Shown piece after piece: positions 18,369 through 26,853 of a DNA stretch of 64,000 nucleotides. A model generated the notes under the pieces. The model saw only the letters and a list, made by a program, of their open reading frames with translations. It did not search any database and was not told where the DNA came from. A program made the position numbers and the translations under genes. Source of the DNA: Myxococcota bacterium. GTDB taxonomy: Bacteria; Myxococcota_A; UBA9160; UBA6930. The DNA lies in contig JANQFK010000022.1 of the NCBI GenBank assembly GCA_028277885.1, forward strand, positions 176,052 through 240,051, read 5' to 3'. The first letter of the stretch is position 1. Every line of letters starts with the position of its first letter.

Positions 18369-19573
18369 GGGGAGGCCGGGCTGCGGGCCGGCGCCGCGTC
18401 GGGGACGCTCGCGCGATGCAGCAGGGCCTCGCCCACGACGCGGTAGCCCTCGCTGCGCGCGTCCACGAACACCGCGTCGCCGCGCGCGAGCGGGAGGGGA
18501 GCCGCGCCGGGCTCCTCCAGGCGGGCCTCGCCGCTCGTGCAGAGCAGGATCTCCGGGAGCCGCCGCGTCCGGATCTCGAGAGCGTCGCCTCCGCGCAGGG
18601 CGAGGCGCGAGAGCGCGAAGGCGTCGCAGCGGACGGGCCAGCGGTCCACGGCGTCGGAGCCCGCCTCGGCGCGCAGGATCTCCGGCGGCCGCGGTGCCCG
18701 GGAGGCGACGGCGCGCAGCTCGGCGACGTCCACGGGCTTCGACGTGAGCCCGCCCCGGACCACGTTGTCGGAGCTGCTCATCAGCTCGATCGCGCTGCCG
18801 GCCAGGTAGCCGTGGAGCTCTCCCGGCGGCAGGTAGAGGGCCTCGCCCGGTGCCAGGACCCGGGCCTCGAGGAAGAGCGGCGCCAGGGCGGCGGGGTCTC
18901 CCGGGTGGCGTGCCGCGAGCTCCCTCGCCCACGCGAAGGCCGGCTCCTCGGGGCGACGCGCGGCGGCCTCCCGCGTCGCCGTGGCGACCTTCTCGGCCAG
19001 GGTCCGGCCGCGGGGAGCCGGCAGGGAGAGCACGCCGGCCAGGCCGGCCAGGGCGTCGCGGTGCGTCGCGGCCGCCGCCAGGGCGTCGAGCTCCCCGAGC
19101 GCGAGCTCGGCGCACAGGGCCCGCTGGTGCTCCGGCTCCCGGAGCCCGCACAGGACCCAGAACGGCGAGAGGGCGCACACCATCTCGTGCTTGCCGTTCG
19201 GATCCCGGTAGTGGCGCTCGGGCGCCGCGCGGTCGAGGCCCGCGGCCTCCTCCCGGGCGAAGCCCGCCGCGGCCCGGGTGGCGTCGGGATGCACCTGGAG
19301 GGAGAGCGGCCGCTCCACCGCGAGCAGCTTCAACAGGAACGGCAGCACGCTCGCCGCGCCCACCCAGGCCTGCGGGTCCGCGTCGATCCGCTCGGCGAGG
19401 GAGCGCCAGTCCGAGCCGACGCGCACCTCCGAGGGCGCGCGCTCGTGGGCGCCCAGCCAGAGCTCCGCCCAGGGTCGCCCGTCCGGGTTGGGCAGGCCCA
19501 GCAGCTCCGGGATCACCGAGGGGGAGCCCCAGTCGTAGTGCTGGACCGGATTGCGGAGTCGGTGCGCGCCCAT
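18365..19573 (-). CDS. manA: mannose-6-phosphate isomerase, class I
   Basis: Track ORF 18365..19615 trimmed to ATG 19573 (MGAHRLRNPVQHYDWGS). Motifs LWLGAH, PFLLKLL..RPLSLQVHP and YRDPNGKHE. The stop overlaps the downstream start (ATGA). Confidence 0.9.
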   Translation of the reverse strand: MGAHRLRNPVQHYDWGSPSVIPELLGLPNPDGRPWAELWLGAHERAPSEVRVGSDWRSLAERIDADPQAWVGAASVLPFLLKLLAVERPLSLQVHPDATRAAAGFAREEAAGLDRAAPERHYRDPNGKHEMVCALSPFWVLCGLREPEHQRALCAELALGELDALAAAATHRDALAGLAGVLSLPAPRGRTLAEKVATATREAAARRPEEPAFAWARELAARHPGDPAALAPLFLEARVLAPGEALYLPPGELHGYLAGSAIELMSSSDNVVRGGLTSKPVDVAELRAVASRAPRPPEILRAEAGSDAVDRWPVRCDAFALSRLALRGGDALEIRTRRLPEILLCTSGEARLEEPGAAPLPLARGDAVFVDARSEGYRVVGEALLHRASVPDAAPARSPASP

Positions 19574-19730
19574 GAGCCCCCGTTGCGGAGAAGCTGCTGG
19601 AAGGGCGCCAAACATACCCGAGGGTGCGGGCTCGGCTCCGCCCCGGCCTCAAGAGCGGACGGCGGGCCTCCGATCCCGTCCGGGTCCCCGTGCGCCGGGC
19701 CCCGCCTCCGGCCCGATCGAGGAGACGACC

Positions 19731-20510
19731 ATGGCCCGATCCCCGCTCGTCCGCCTCGCGTGGCTCGTCCTCGCGGCCGGCCTGCTGGCCACGCCCGCCG
19801 GCGCCAAGCTGTACCGCTGGGTCGACTCCGGCGGCACGACCCACTACACGGACCGGGCCGAGGAGGTCCCGCCCCGGTACCGCGACCAGCTCGCCGACGA
19901 CCACCCGGGCTACGAGCCCGGCTCCGGGACGGCCAGCTTCGTGGTGGTGCCGGGGATCGACGGCCGGCCCGACGAGAACGGCAAGGCGAAGGCCCTCGAC
20001 GAGGATGCCTACCAGGCCCGCGCCAACGAGGCGCTGGCCGGCCAGCGCAAGGACTCCCCGTGGTCCTCCTCGCGCGCGCTGCCCGACCTGGGCGAGCTCC
20101 TCGAGGGGGGAGCCCCGGTCATCGCGGGGCTGATCGCCGGCGCCCTGGTGGCGATCGCACTGGTGCTGCTCGTCTCGGTCGTGATCCTGAAGGCGTCCTG
20201 CTACTTCTGCGGCGAGCCGGCGCCGGGCTGGGGCAAGGGCATGGGCGTGGTCCTGATCCAGACCCTCGGCGCCGGGGCCACGGGCTTCCTGATCGGCCTG
20301 CTCGTGCCCCAGGGCCCCGGCGGCTACGAGGTGCAGGCCGGCCAGTTCGCCGTCGGCTTCCTCGTCAACGCCGCCGTCCTGCGCAGCATGCTGCTCGACA
20401 GCTTCCCGAAGGCGCTGGCCGTGGTGGCGGTGGCGATGCTGATCCAGCTGGTGCTCGGTCTGGTGCTCGGCCTCGCGGTGGCGATGAGCCTGGGGCTGGC
20501 CGCGCTCTGA
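19731..20510 (+). CDS. DUF4124-like signal-peptide domain fused to a C-terminal multi-TM region
   Basis: Track ORF 19551..20510 trimmed to ATG 19731, preceded by GGAGA. Begins MARSPLVRLAWLVLAAGLLATPAGAKLYRWVDSGGTTHYTD, followed by about 4 TM helices. Confidence 0.8.
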   Translation: MARSPLVRLAWLVLAAGLLATPAGAKLYRWVDSGGTTHYTDRAEEVPPRYRDQLADDHPGYEPGSGTASFVVVPGIDGRPDENGKAKALDEDAYQARANEALAGQRKDSPWSSSRALPDLGELLEGGAPVIAGLIAGALVAIALVLLVSVVILKASCYFCGEPAPGWGKGMGVVLIQTLGAGATGFLIGLLVPQGPGGYEVQAGQFAVGFLVNAAVLRSMLLDSFPKALAVVAVAMLIQLVLGLVLGLAVAMSLGLAAL

Positions 20511-20581
20511 CGCTGGCGCCGGGGACGCGCTTCGCGTAGAACGCCCGGAGGCCGCGCGGCGCGGCCCCGGAGACCTGGCAG

Positions 20582-21280
20582 ATGGCGGCGTCCCGAGGCC
20601 ACGGCTGGTGGCCCTACCTGGGCCCCTACGGCCTGTTCCTGATCCTGGTCGAGATCGGCAGCCGCACGCCGGAGTCCGCGGCCGGCGCGATGCTGCTCGT
20701 GAAGGTGCTGCTCCCCGGCGCCCTGGTGCTCCACTTCGCCCGACGCGGCGACTACCCGGAGCTGAGCGGCTACCGACCCGGCGCGGCCGGCTTCGCGGCC
20801 GACGTGCTGTGCGGCCTGGTCATCACGGCGCTCTGGATGGGCCCGTTCCTGCTGCTTCCGGGCCTCGAGCGCGGCGCGCCCGAGGACGCCTTCGACCCCG
20901 CCGGCTTCGCGCCGCTGGGCGCCGGGGTCGCCCTCGGCGTGCGCCTGCTGGGCTTCGGGGTGGTGACGCCCTTCGTCGAGGAGCTCTTCGTGCGCAGCTT
21001 CGTGATCCGGCTGGTCGACGTGATCGACACCGGCGAGGACTTCCGCAGCGTCCCCATCGCCCGCTTCACCTGGCGGAGCTTCGTCATCACCGCCGTCTGG
21101 TTCACCTTCACCCACGTGCCCTGGGAGTGGGGCGTGGCCGCCGTCGCGGGCGTGGTGTTCAACCTCTGGCTCTACCAGCGCCGCCACATCGGCTCCCCCA
21201 TCGTCGCCCACGCCGTCGCCAACGCCTCCATCTGGGCGATCGTGGTCCTGGGCCCAGGCGACCTGTGGGTATTCCTGTAG
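20582..21280 (+). CDS. CPBP-family intramembrane glutamic endopeptidase (CAAX protease-related)
   Basis: 232-aa polytopic protein with motifs PFVEELFVRSF, FTFTHVP and VAHAVANASIW. Confidence 0.9.
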   Translation: MAASRGHGWWPYLGPYGLFLILVEIGSRTPESAAGAMLLVKVLLPGALVLHFARRGDYPELSGYRPGAAGFAADVLCGLVITALWMGPFLLLPGLERGAPEDAFDPAGFAPLGAGVALGVRLLGFGVVTPFVEELFVRSFVIRLVDVIDTGEDFRSVPIARFTWRSFVITAVWFTFTHVPWEWGVAAVAGVVFNLWLYQRRHIGSPIVAHAVANASIWAIVVLGPGDLWVFL

Positions 21281-21326
21281 AACCCACTTCTGCCCGCAGC
21301 CGTCGCCGGGATGCTACTAGGGCAGA

Positions 21327-21342
21327 GGCCCCGCGCGGGGCC
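21327..21342. repeat. perfect 16-nt palindrome GGCCCCGCGCGGGGCC between convergent genes (possible bidirectional terminator stem, no U-tract)
   Basis: Read directly in the 174-bp gap between 20582-21280 (+) and 21455-21856 (-). Confidence 0.5.
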
Positions 21343-21454
21343 GCGCGCCAGACGCGTGATCCCTCCGCGCGCGAAGCGTCTCGGAAGGCAAGCCCGCCAT
21401 GGGCGGGCGCGCAGCGCCGGCCCGCCTCCGGCGGGCTGGCGCGAAGTCCAGAAG

Positions 21455-21856
21455 TCACGCCGCGCCGCGGTGGCCGATGCGGACGCGCTTCGAGAGCTCG
21501 GTGATGTCGACCACGCTCTTGTGGACGGCCTCGGGGTTGCGCTCCCGGCAGGCGAGGGCGAGCTCGTGGGCCGCCACGGCGAGGGGCTCGTAGCCGAGCT
21601 CGGAGGACTCGTCGCCGAAGGCCACGGCCGCGGCCTCGAGCGGGGCGAGGGCCCCCTCGGCCTCCAGGTCCTGGAGGCCGTCCACGCGATCGCCCAGGGC
21701 GAACACGAAGGCGTCGATGCGCTCCTCGAGCTCGGGATCGTCGGCGCGGGTCGAGGCGATGGGCTTGGGCGCGGGACCGATCACCCCGCTCGTATCGACC
21801 GCTGGCGCCCCGGCCTGAACGCGGGCTGCGACGCCGCTCGAAGGCTGACGCCCCAA
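21455..21856 (-). CDS. hypothetical small acidic helical protein (weak HPt-like resemblance)
   Basis: Very high GC3 in this frame. Sequence DDPELEERIDAFVFALGDRVDGLQDLEAEG...AVAAHELALACRERNPEAV. Start uncertain (TTG 21856 or GTG 21784). Confidence 0.5.
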   Translation of the reverse strand: MGRQPSSGVAARVQAGAPAVDTSGVIGPAPKPIASTRADDPELEERIDAFVFALGDRVDGLQDLEAEGALAPLEAAAVAFGDESSELGYEPLAVAAHELALACRERNPEAVHKSVVDITELSKRVRIGHRGAA

Positions 21857-21889
21857 GCCCCCGGGACTAGGGCGAAAACCGGACCGGTC

Positions 21890-22513
21890 TCAGCGGAGCC
21901 CGAACTGCACCAGGTCGAGGTCCAGGCGGTCGCCGGCGGGCGCCTCGAGGGCCAGGGTGAGGCGCCTCCGGTCGCCGAAGCCGGCCAGCCGGCGGTAGGC
22001 GTCGGTGCCCCGCTTCACCACCGCGAAGCGGGCCGTCCCGCCGGCGAAGTCGACCTCCCGCGGTGGCTCGCCGTCCTCGCCGCCGACGCGCAGGCGCCCG
22101 CGCTTCACGCGGAACTCGAAGGCGCCCTCGCGGCGCAGCACGTCCTGGAAGTCGCGCTCGGCATTGTCCGGGCGCGAGATCCCCTCCAGGTGGTAGTAGA
22201 GGCTCCCCAGGGCGTTGGGCTGGGGCCGGGCGTTCTCGTCCGTGCAGCGGGTCCCGCCGGGGATCTCGAGGTCGAAGAGCTGGACCCGGGCGGTGAGGGG
22301 CCGGACGTGGCGCGGGCCCGGCGCGATCAGCACCCGCCGCAGCCCGCGGTGGGCGACGCCTTCGATGGTGCAGACCAGCGGCGCGCGCCAGTCGCCGCGG
22401 GTCCAGCCGAGAGCCAGCATGTTGAGGTCGCGCGGCGGCTCCCCGGGGCGCTGTCCCAGCGAGCCCAGTCCCAGCAGCAGCACGAGGAGCGCGAGGGGTG
22501 CGCGGGCGGGCAT
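21890..22513 (-). CDS. secreted hypothetical protein
   Basis: ATG start, signal peptide MPARAPLALLVLLLGLGSLG, protein-like composition and high GC3. Confidence 0.75.
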   Translation of the reverse strand: MPARAPLALLVLLLGLGSLGQRPGEPPRDLNMLALGWTRGDWRAPLVCTIEGVAHRGLRRVLIAPGPRHVRPLTARVQLFDLEIPGGTRCTDENARPQPNALGSLYYHLEGISRPDNAERDFQDVLRREGAFEFRVKRGRLRVGGEDGEPPREVDFAGGTARFAVVKRGTDAYRRLAGFGDRRRLTLALEAPAGDRLDLDLVQFGLR

Positions 22514-22617
22514 CGGGCCAGCCTACCGCCCCGCGCCCGATTCGCGAAGCCCGGCCGGTCGGACCGTGGGGAAGGGAGCCGCTTGCAGGTCGACGCCGCG
22601 TCCGGGACCGTCACCGG

Positions 22618-22908
22618 GTGCGTTGCTTCGCCTGTGACGCCGCCCACGAGCTCGCGAGCGGGGAGCGGGTGGGCTTCCGAGACGCCTGCTCGGCCTGCGG
22701 CGCGGACCTCCACGTCTGCCGCAACTGCGCCCACCACGACCCCTCGGCCTACAACGAGTGCCGGGAGTCCGGTGCCGAGCGCGTCGCCGACCGCGAGCGC
22801 GCGAACCGCTGCGAGTGGTTCGCGCCCGGGTCCGGGGGCGGAGGCGACGCCGCCGCCGCGCGCGAGTCGGCGAGCCGCTCCCTCGATGCCCTGTTCAAGA
22901 AGCGCTGA
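22618..22908 (+). CDS. small Cys-rich zinc-ribbon-like protein
   Basis: Track ORF 22498..22908 trimmed to GTG 22618. Begins VRCFACDAAHE..CSACGADLHVCRNCAHHD..YNECRE..NRCEWF. Stop lies 1 nt before the PPTase start. Confidence 0.6.
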   Translation: MRCFACDAAHELASGERVGFRDACSACGADLHVCRNCAHHDPSAYNECRESGAERVADRERANRCEWFAPGSGGGGDAAAARESASRSLDALFKKR

Positions 22909-22909
22909 C

Positions 22910-23629
22910 GTGGAGGTGCTGCCCGCCGACGAGGTCCACGTCTGGTGGGCGCCGCTCCCGGAGACCGAGGCCCGGGAGAGCTGGGAGCTGCTCTCCGAGG
23001 CGGAGCGCGAGCGCGCCCGCCGCTTCCGCTTCCCGCGCCACCGCCGGGCCTTCGTCGCCTCTCACGCCATGGTGCGCACCACGCTCTCCCGCTACGCCGC
23101 CGTCTCGCCCGCCGCCTGGGAGTTCGTCGCCGAGCGGCGCGGGCGGCCCCGGGTGGCGGGCCCCGCCGGCGCCGCCCGGCCGCGCTTCAACCTCTCCCAC
23201 AGCGACGCTCTCGCCGCCTGCGCGGTGGCGGCCGAGCTCGACGTCGGCGTGGACGTCGAGGGAGCGGCCCGCGTCCGCCACGCCCTCGAGATCGCCGAGC
23301 GCTACTTCACCCGCGGCGAGGCCGAGGCGCTTCGCGACCTCGAGGGTGCGGCCCGGGTGGCGCGCTTCCTCGACCTCTGGACGCTCAAGGAGGCCTACGT
23401 GAAGGCGCGCGGCGACGGGCTCGCCCTGCCGCTCGACGGGATGGGGTTCGCACCCGGCGCCGACCGGGTGGCCGTGGCGTTCCAGCCCGGCCTGCGGGAC
23501 GAGCCGGGCCACTGGCAGTTCGCCCTCGAGGAGCCCGTGACGGGCCAGCGCCTCGCGCTGGCGGTGCACCGGCCGGGACGGCCCGACGTCGCCGTGCGGC
23601 TGCGCCGGGCCGGGCCGCTCGCGGGCTGA
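22910..23629 (+). CDS. Sfp-type 4'-phosphopantetheinyl transferase
   Basis: Last 239 aa of track ORF 21311..23629, GTG start at 22910. Motifs FNLSHSD, GVDVE and WTLKEAYVKARG. Confidence 0.9.
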   Translation: MEVLPADEVHVWWAPLPETEARESWELLSEAERERARRFRFPRHRRAFVASHAMVRTTLSRYAAVSPAAWEFVAERRGRPRVAGPAGAARPRFNLSHSDALAACAVAAELDVGVDVEGAARVRHALEIAERYFTRGEAEALRDLEGAARVARFLDLWTLKEAYVKARGDGLALPLDGMGFAPGADRVAVAFQPGLRDEPGHWQFALEEPVTGQRLALAVHRPGRPDVAVRLRRAGPLAG

Positions 23630-23691
23630 GTCGTGGGGAGAATCCCCGGGGCCGGCGGGGCGGCGATTCCAGTCGGGGCGCGCGGCGTCCG

Positions 23692-24387
23692 ATGGAGGAG
23701 GGGATGGGGGTCGACTACCGGGCCAAGGACACCTGGACGGTCTTCAAGATCATGGGCGAGTTCGTGGAGGGCTTCGAGACCCTCCGCCCCATCTGGCCCT
23801 CGGTCTCGATCTTCGGCAGCGCACGCCTCGAGCCCGGTGACCGCTACTACCAGGAGGGCGTCCGGGTGGGCGAGGAGCTCTCCAAGGCGGGCTTCTCGAT
23901 CATCACCGGCGGCGGGCCCGGGGTGATGCGGGCCGCGAACGAGGGCGCCAAGGCCGGCAAGGGGCGCTCCATCGGGCTCCACATCAAGCTGCCCGAGGAG
24001 CAGGCCCCCAACGACGCCACGGACATCCAGATCCAGTTCGACTACTTCTTCGCCCGCAAGGTGATGTTCGTGAAGTACGCCTGCGGGTTCGTGGCGCTGC
24101 CCGGCGGCTTCGGCACCCTGGACGAGGTCTTCGAGGCCCTCACCCTGATCCAGACCAACAAGGTGCACGACTTCCCGGTGATCCTGTTCGGCTCGGAGTT
24201 CTGGGCCGGCCTCGTGGGATGGCTCGAGAAGCAGCCCCTCGCCCAGGCGATGATCTCCCAGCGCGACCTCGAGCTGTTCCAGGTGACCGACGACGTGGAC
24301 GAGGTGGTGGAGGTGATCCAGCGCCACTTCGAGCGCCGCCGCCAGCGCCGGGGGCCCGTCCAGTCCCGAGGGCACGAGACCCCCTAG
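23692..24387 (+). CDS. LOG-family nucleotide phosphoribohydrolase (TIGR00730-like)
   Basis: Last 231 aa of track ORF 22945..24387, ATG at 23692. Motifs ITGGGPGVMRAANEGA and PGGFGTLDEVFE. Confidence 0.92.
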   Translation: MEEGMGVDYRAKDTWTVFKIMGEFVEGFETLRPIWPSVSIFGSARLEPGDRYYQEGVRVGEELSKAGFSIITGGGPGVMRAANEGAKAGKGRSIGLHIKLPEEQAPNDATDIQIQFDYFFARKVMFVKYACGFVALPGGFGTLDEVFEALTLIQTNKVHDFPVILFGSEFWAGLVGWLEKQPLAQAMISQRDLELFQVTDDVDEVVEVIQRHFERRRQRRGPVQSRGHETP

Positions 24388-24405
24388 CCCCGGAAGACCC
24401 GAAGC

Positions 24406-26178
24406 TTGAGCCTCACCCTTCGAGCAGCACGTGAGCTCCGCGGAGCGGTGGGGGGCGGTCTCGCCGCAGCGGCGATCGGCGCCGGCTGGGCGGCGGGCTA
24501 CGGGCTGCCCGGGAGCGCGATCGCGGCGTCGGCGGGCCTCCACGGCGTCGCCGGTCTCGCGCTGGGTGCGCTCCTCGGCCGGCTCCACCCGGCCCTGGCC
24601 GCGGTGGCGGCCGCCGTGCTGTTCGCCGCGCTGCCGGCGGGCTGGGCGGCGCTCACCGCGGCGCCCGAGGCGAGCGCGCCGCTCGCGCCGCGCCCGGTGG
24701 CGAAGGCCGAGCCCCGGGACGCGACGGCGCGGCGCGTGGCCGTGATCGGGCTCGACGGCGCGGACTGGCGCGTGATCGACCCGCTGCTCGCCGCGGGCGA
24801 GCTTCCCCACCTGCGCGCGCTCCTGGCGCGCGGGCGCGGCTGGGTGCTGCGCTCCACCGACCCCAGCAGCTCGCCGGTGGTGTGGACGTCGATCTTCTCG
24901 GGCAAGCCGCCCGAGGCCCACGGCATCACGGACTGGGACTCGTCCCGCGCCGACAACCGGCGGGCGGCGCTGCTCTGGGAGCTGCTGGCCGGGGCCGGCC
25001 TGCGCTCGGTGGTGGTGAACGTGCCCGGCAGCTGGCCGCCCACGGCCGTGGACGGCGCCTTCGTGTCGGGCTTCCCGATGCCCTCGCCGCTGCTGCCCGC
25101 CTCGGCCGAGACCGGCTTCCAGAACCTCGGCACCCTGGTGGACCCCGAGGCCCGTGCGGCGACGCTGACGGTGGTGGGCGCGCGGGACGGCCGCGCCGAC
25201 GTGAGCCTCGGCCGTCTGGCGCCGCGCGCCCGGGGCAGCCTGCGCCACCCGCTGTTCGAGACGCGCGCGGCCCGGCGCTGGCTTCCCGCCCGGTCCCTGG
25301 AGACCGAGGTCGCGCTGGCCAACGGCAGCGCGCCGCCGCCGGGCGAGTGGTCCCACTGGCACCACCACGCCGAGGCCGGCGTGGCCCTCGTGTACCGCAT
25401 GCACCGCCTGGCGGACTCCCGCCTGTGGCTCACGCCGGCCTTCCAGGACCCGGCGCGGCCGTCCCTGGTCTTCACCAACGCGCCCTGGGTCGCCGAGGCG
25501 CTGGCCGCGAACGGGCCCTACGTGGTGGAGGGAGCCGGCTGGCGGCTCGCCGCGGAGCCCGCGCTGCGCACCACCCTGGTCGAGCACCTCGAGCAGGTCG
25601 AGGCGCGCCATCGGCGCGCCGCCGAGACGCTGCTGGCGGCGGTTCCCGACTGGCGGCTCTTCGCCCACGTCATCACCCTGCCGGACCGGGTCTCCCACGC
25701 GTTCTGGCGCTTCCACGCGCCCTCGGACTACCCGGCCGCGGAGCCCGGCGAGGCCGCCGCCCAGGCCGAGCGGGTGCGCGAGGCCTACCGGGTGGCCGAC
25801 GTCCACCTCGGCGCGCTGCTGGCCCGGGTGGACGACGGCGAGACCCTGATCGTGGTGCCGAGCGACCACGGCTTCCAGTCGAATCCGCCGGAGTGGGGCA
25901 ACCATCGCGACGCCGGCATCCTGGTGCTGGCCGGGCCGGGCGTGGGCCATCGGCCCGAGCGCGGCGAGCGCTCGATCTACGACGTGACGCCGCTGGCCCT
26001 GGCGGCCCTCGGGCTACCGGTGGCGTCGGACATGGTGGGCGAGGTGCCGGGCGGCCTGGCCGCGGCCGACACCGTGCGCCGGATCGCCAGCTACGAGCGC
26101 GGCGCGGCCCCCGCGGCCGGCGCCCGCATCGACGAGACCACCACCGAGCAGCTGCGCAGCCTCGGCTACGTGGAGTGA
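24406..26178 (+). CDS. membrane-anchored alkaline-phosphatase-superfamily enzyme (type I phosphodiesterase/NPP-like)
   Basis: N-terminal TM helices. Motifs VIGLDGADW, SSSPVVWTSIFSGKPPEAHGI and VVPSDHGF. C-terminal tail is EQLRSLGYVE*. Confidence 0.85.
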   Translation: MSLTLRAARELRGAVGGGLAAAAIGAGWAAGYGLPGSAIAASAGLHGVAGLALGALLGRLHPALAAVAAAVLFAALPAGWAALTAAPEASAPLAPRPVAKAEPRDATARRVAVIGLDGADWRVIDPLLAAGELPHLRALLARGRGWVLRSTDPSSSPVVWTSIFSGKPPEAHGITDWDSSRADNRRAALLWELLAGAGLRSVVVNVPGSWPPTAVDGAFVSGFPMPSPLLPASAETGFQNLGTLVDPEARAATLTVVGARDGRADVSLGRLAPRARGSLRHPLFETRAARRWLPARSLETEVALANGSAPPPGEWSHWHHHAEAGVALVYRMHRLADSRLWLTPAFQDPARPSLVFTNAPWVAEALAANGPYVVEGAGWRLAAEPALRTTLVEHLEQVEARHRRAAETLLAAVPDWRLFAHVITLPDRVSHAFWRFHAPSDYPAAEPGEAAAQAERVREAYRVADVHLGALLARVDDGETLIVVPSDHGFQSNPPEWGNHRDAGILVLAGPGVGHRPERGERSIYDVTPLALAALGLPVASDMVGEVPGGLAAADTVRRIASYERGAAPAAGARIDETTTEQLRSLGYVE

Positions 26179-26853
26179 GGCGCCGGCGCCGGCGGTCTCC
26201 TCCGCCGGACCCTCGGTGGGCCAGCGCTCGCCGATCAGCGGGTCGAGGGAGAGCGCGAAGGAGAGCAGCCGGCTGCGCGCGGCCTCGGTCTCGCCGGAGC
26301 GCAGCGGCGTGCTCAGCCGGATGAGCGCGCCGTCGGCGCGGCCCTCGAGCAGGCGCCCGGCCAGGCGGTCGAGGTTCTGGTCGATACCGCCCAGCATGCC
26401 GGTGCGGCGGTGGGAGCGGTACCAGAACAGCACCAGGCGCCGCTCGCGGTCGCGCTCCACCACGTACTCGTTCATGGCGAGCTCGCCCTGCGGGTCGGCG
26501 CGCACCACCCGGGACTCGGGGATCCCCCAGCCCGCGCCGGTGTAGCAGCCCCGGGGCGTGTGCTCGGGACGGCCGCCGCGGCCGGTGCCGTAGTAGCCGA
26601 GGTAGAGCCACACGACGCCGCCCTCGGAGCTCCGGTAGGCGCGCTGGAGGTTGAAGTCGGCGCGCAGCGCGTTCTCCACCACGGAGTCGATGGGCAGGTC
26701 CTCGGAGCGCCAGCCGTCGATCTCGCGGGGCAGGGTGGCGAGCGCGCTGGCGTCGACCACCGGCGCGCCGCGCAGGGTGAGGGCCCAGGCGAGGGCGCCC
26801 ACGGCCACCAGGACCGCACACAGCAGCGCGGTGGAGAGCTGGTCGCGGCTCAC
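26014..26853 (-). CDS. EpsI-family protein (exosortase-associated periplasmic domain)
   Basis: Part of track ORF 26014..27684. GTG 26853 forms a GTGA overlap with the upstream stop. N-terminal TM helix, then LPREIDGWRSEDLP..LQRAY..VWLYLGYYG..EHTPRGCYTGAGW..LVLFWYRSHRR..GRADGALIRLSTP. Confidence 0.8.
   Translation of the reverse strand: MSRDQLSTALLCAVLVAVGALAWALTLRGAPVVDASALATLPREIDGWRSEDLPIDSVVENALRADFNLQRAYRSSEGGVVWLYLGYYGTGRGGRPEHTPRGCYTGAGWGIPESRVVRADPQGELAMNEYVVERDRERRLVLFWYRSHRRTGMLGGIDQNLDRLAGRLLEGRADGALIRLSTPLRSGETEAARSRLLSFALSLDPLIGERWPTEGPAEETAGAGASLHVAEAAQLLGGGLVDAGAGRGGRAALVAGDPAHGVGRGQAARHLAHHVRRHR

Noticed and set aside
18369-19904. N-terminal 512-aa extension of track ORF 16251..19904.
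   Set aside because: The extension is out of frame over manA and is Arg/Pro/Gly-rich. An ATG at 18368 with an ATGA overlap to the manA stop gives a sensible membrane-protein N-terminus.
21311-22909. First 533 aa of the 772-aa ORF 21311..23629.
   Set aside because: Only the last 239 aa (from GTG 22910) are PPTase-like. The remainder is antisense to two well-supported minus-strand genes.
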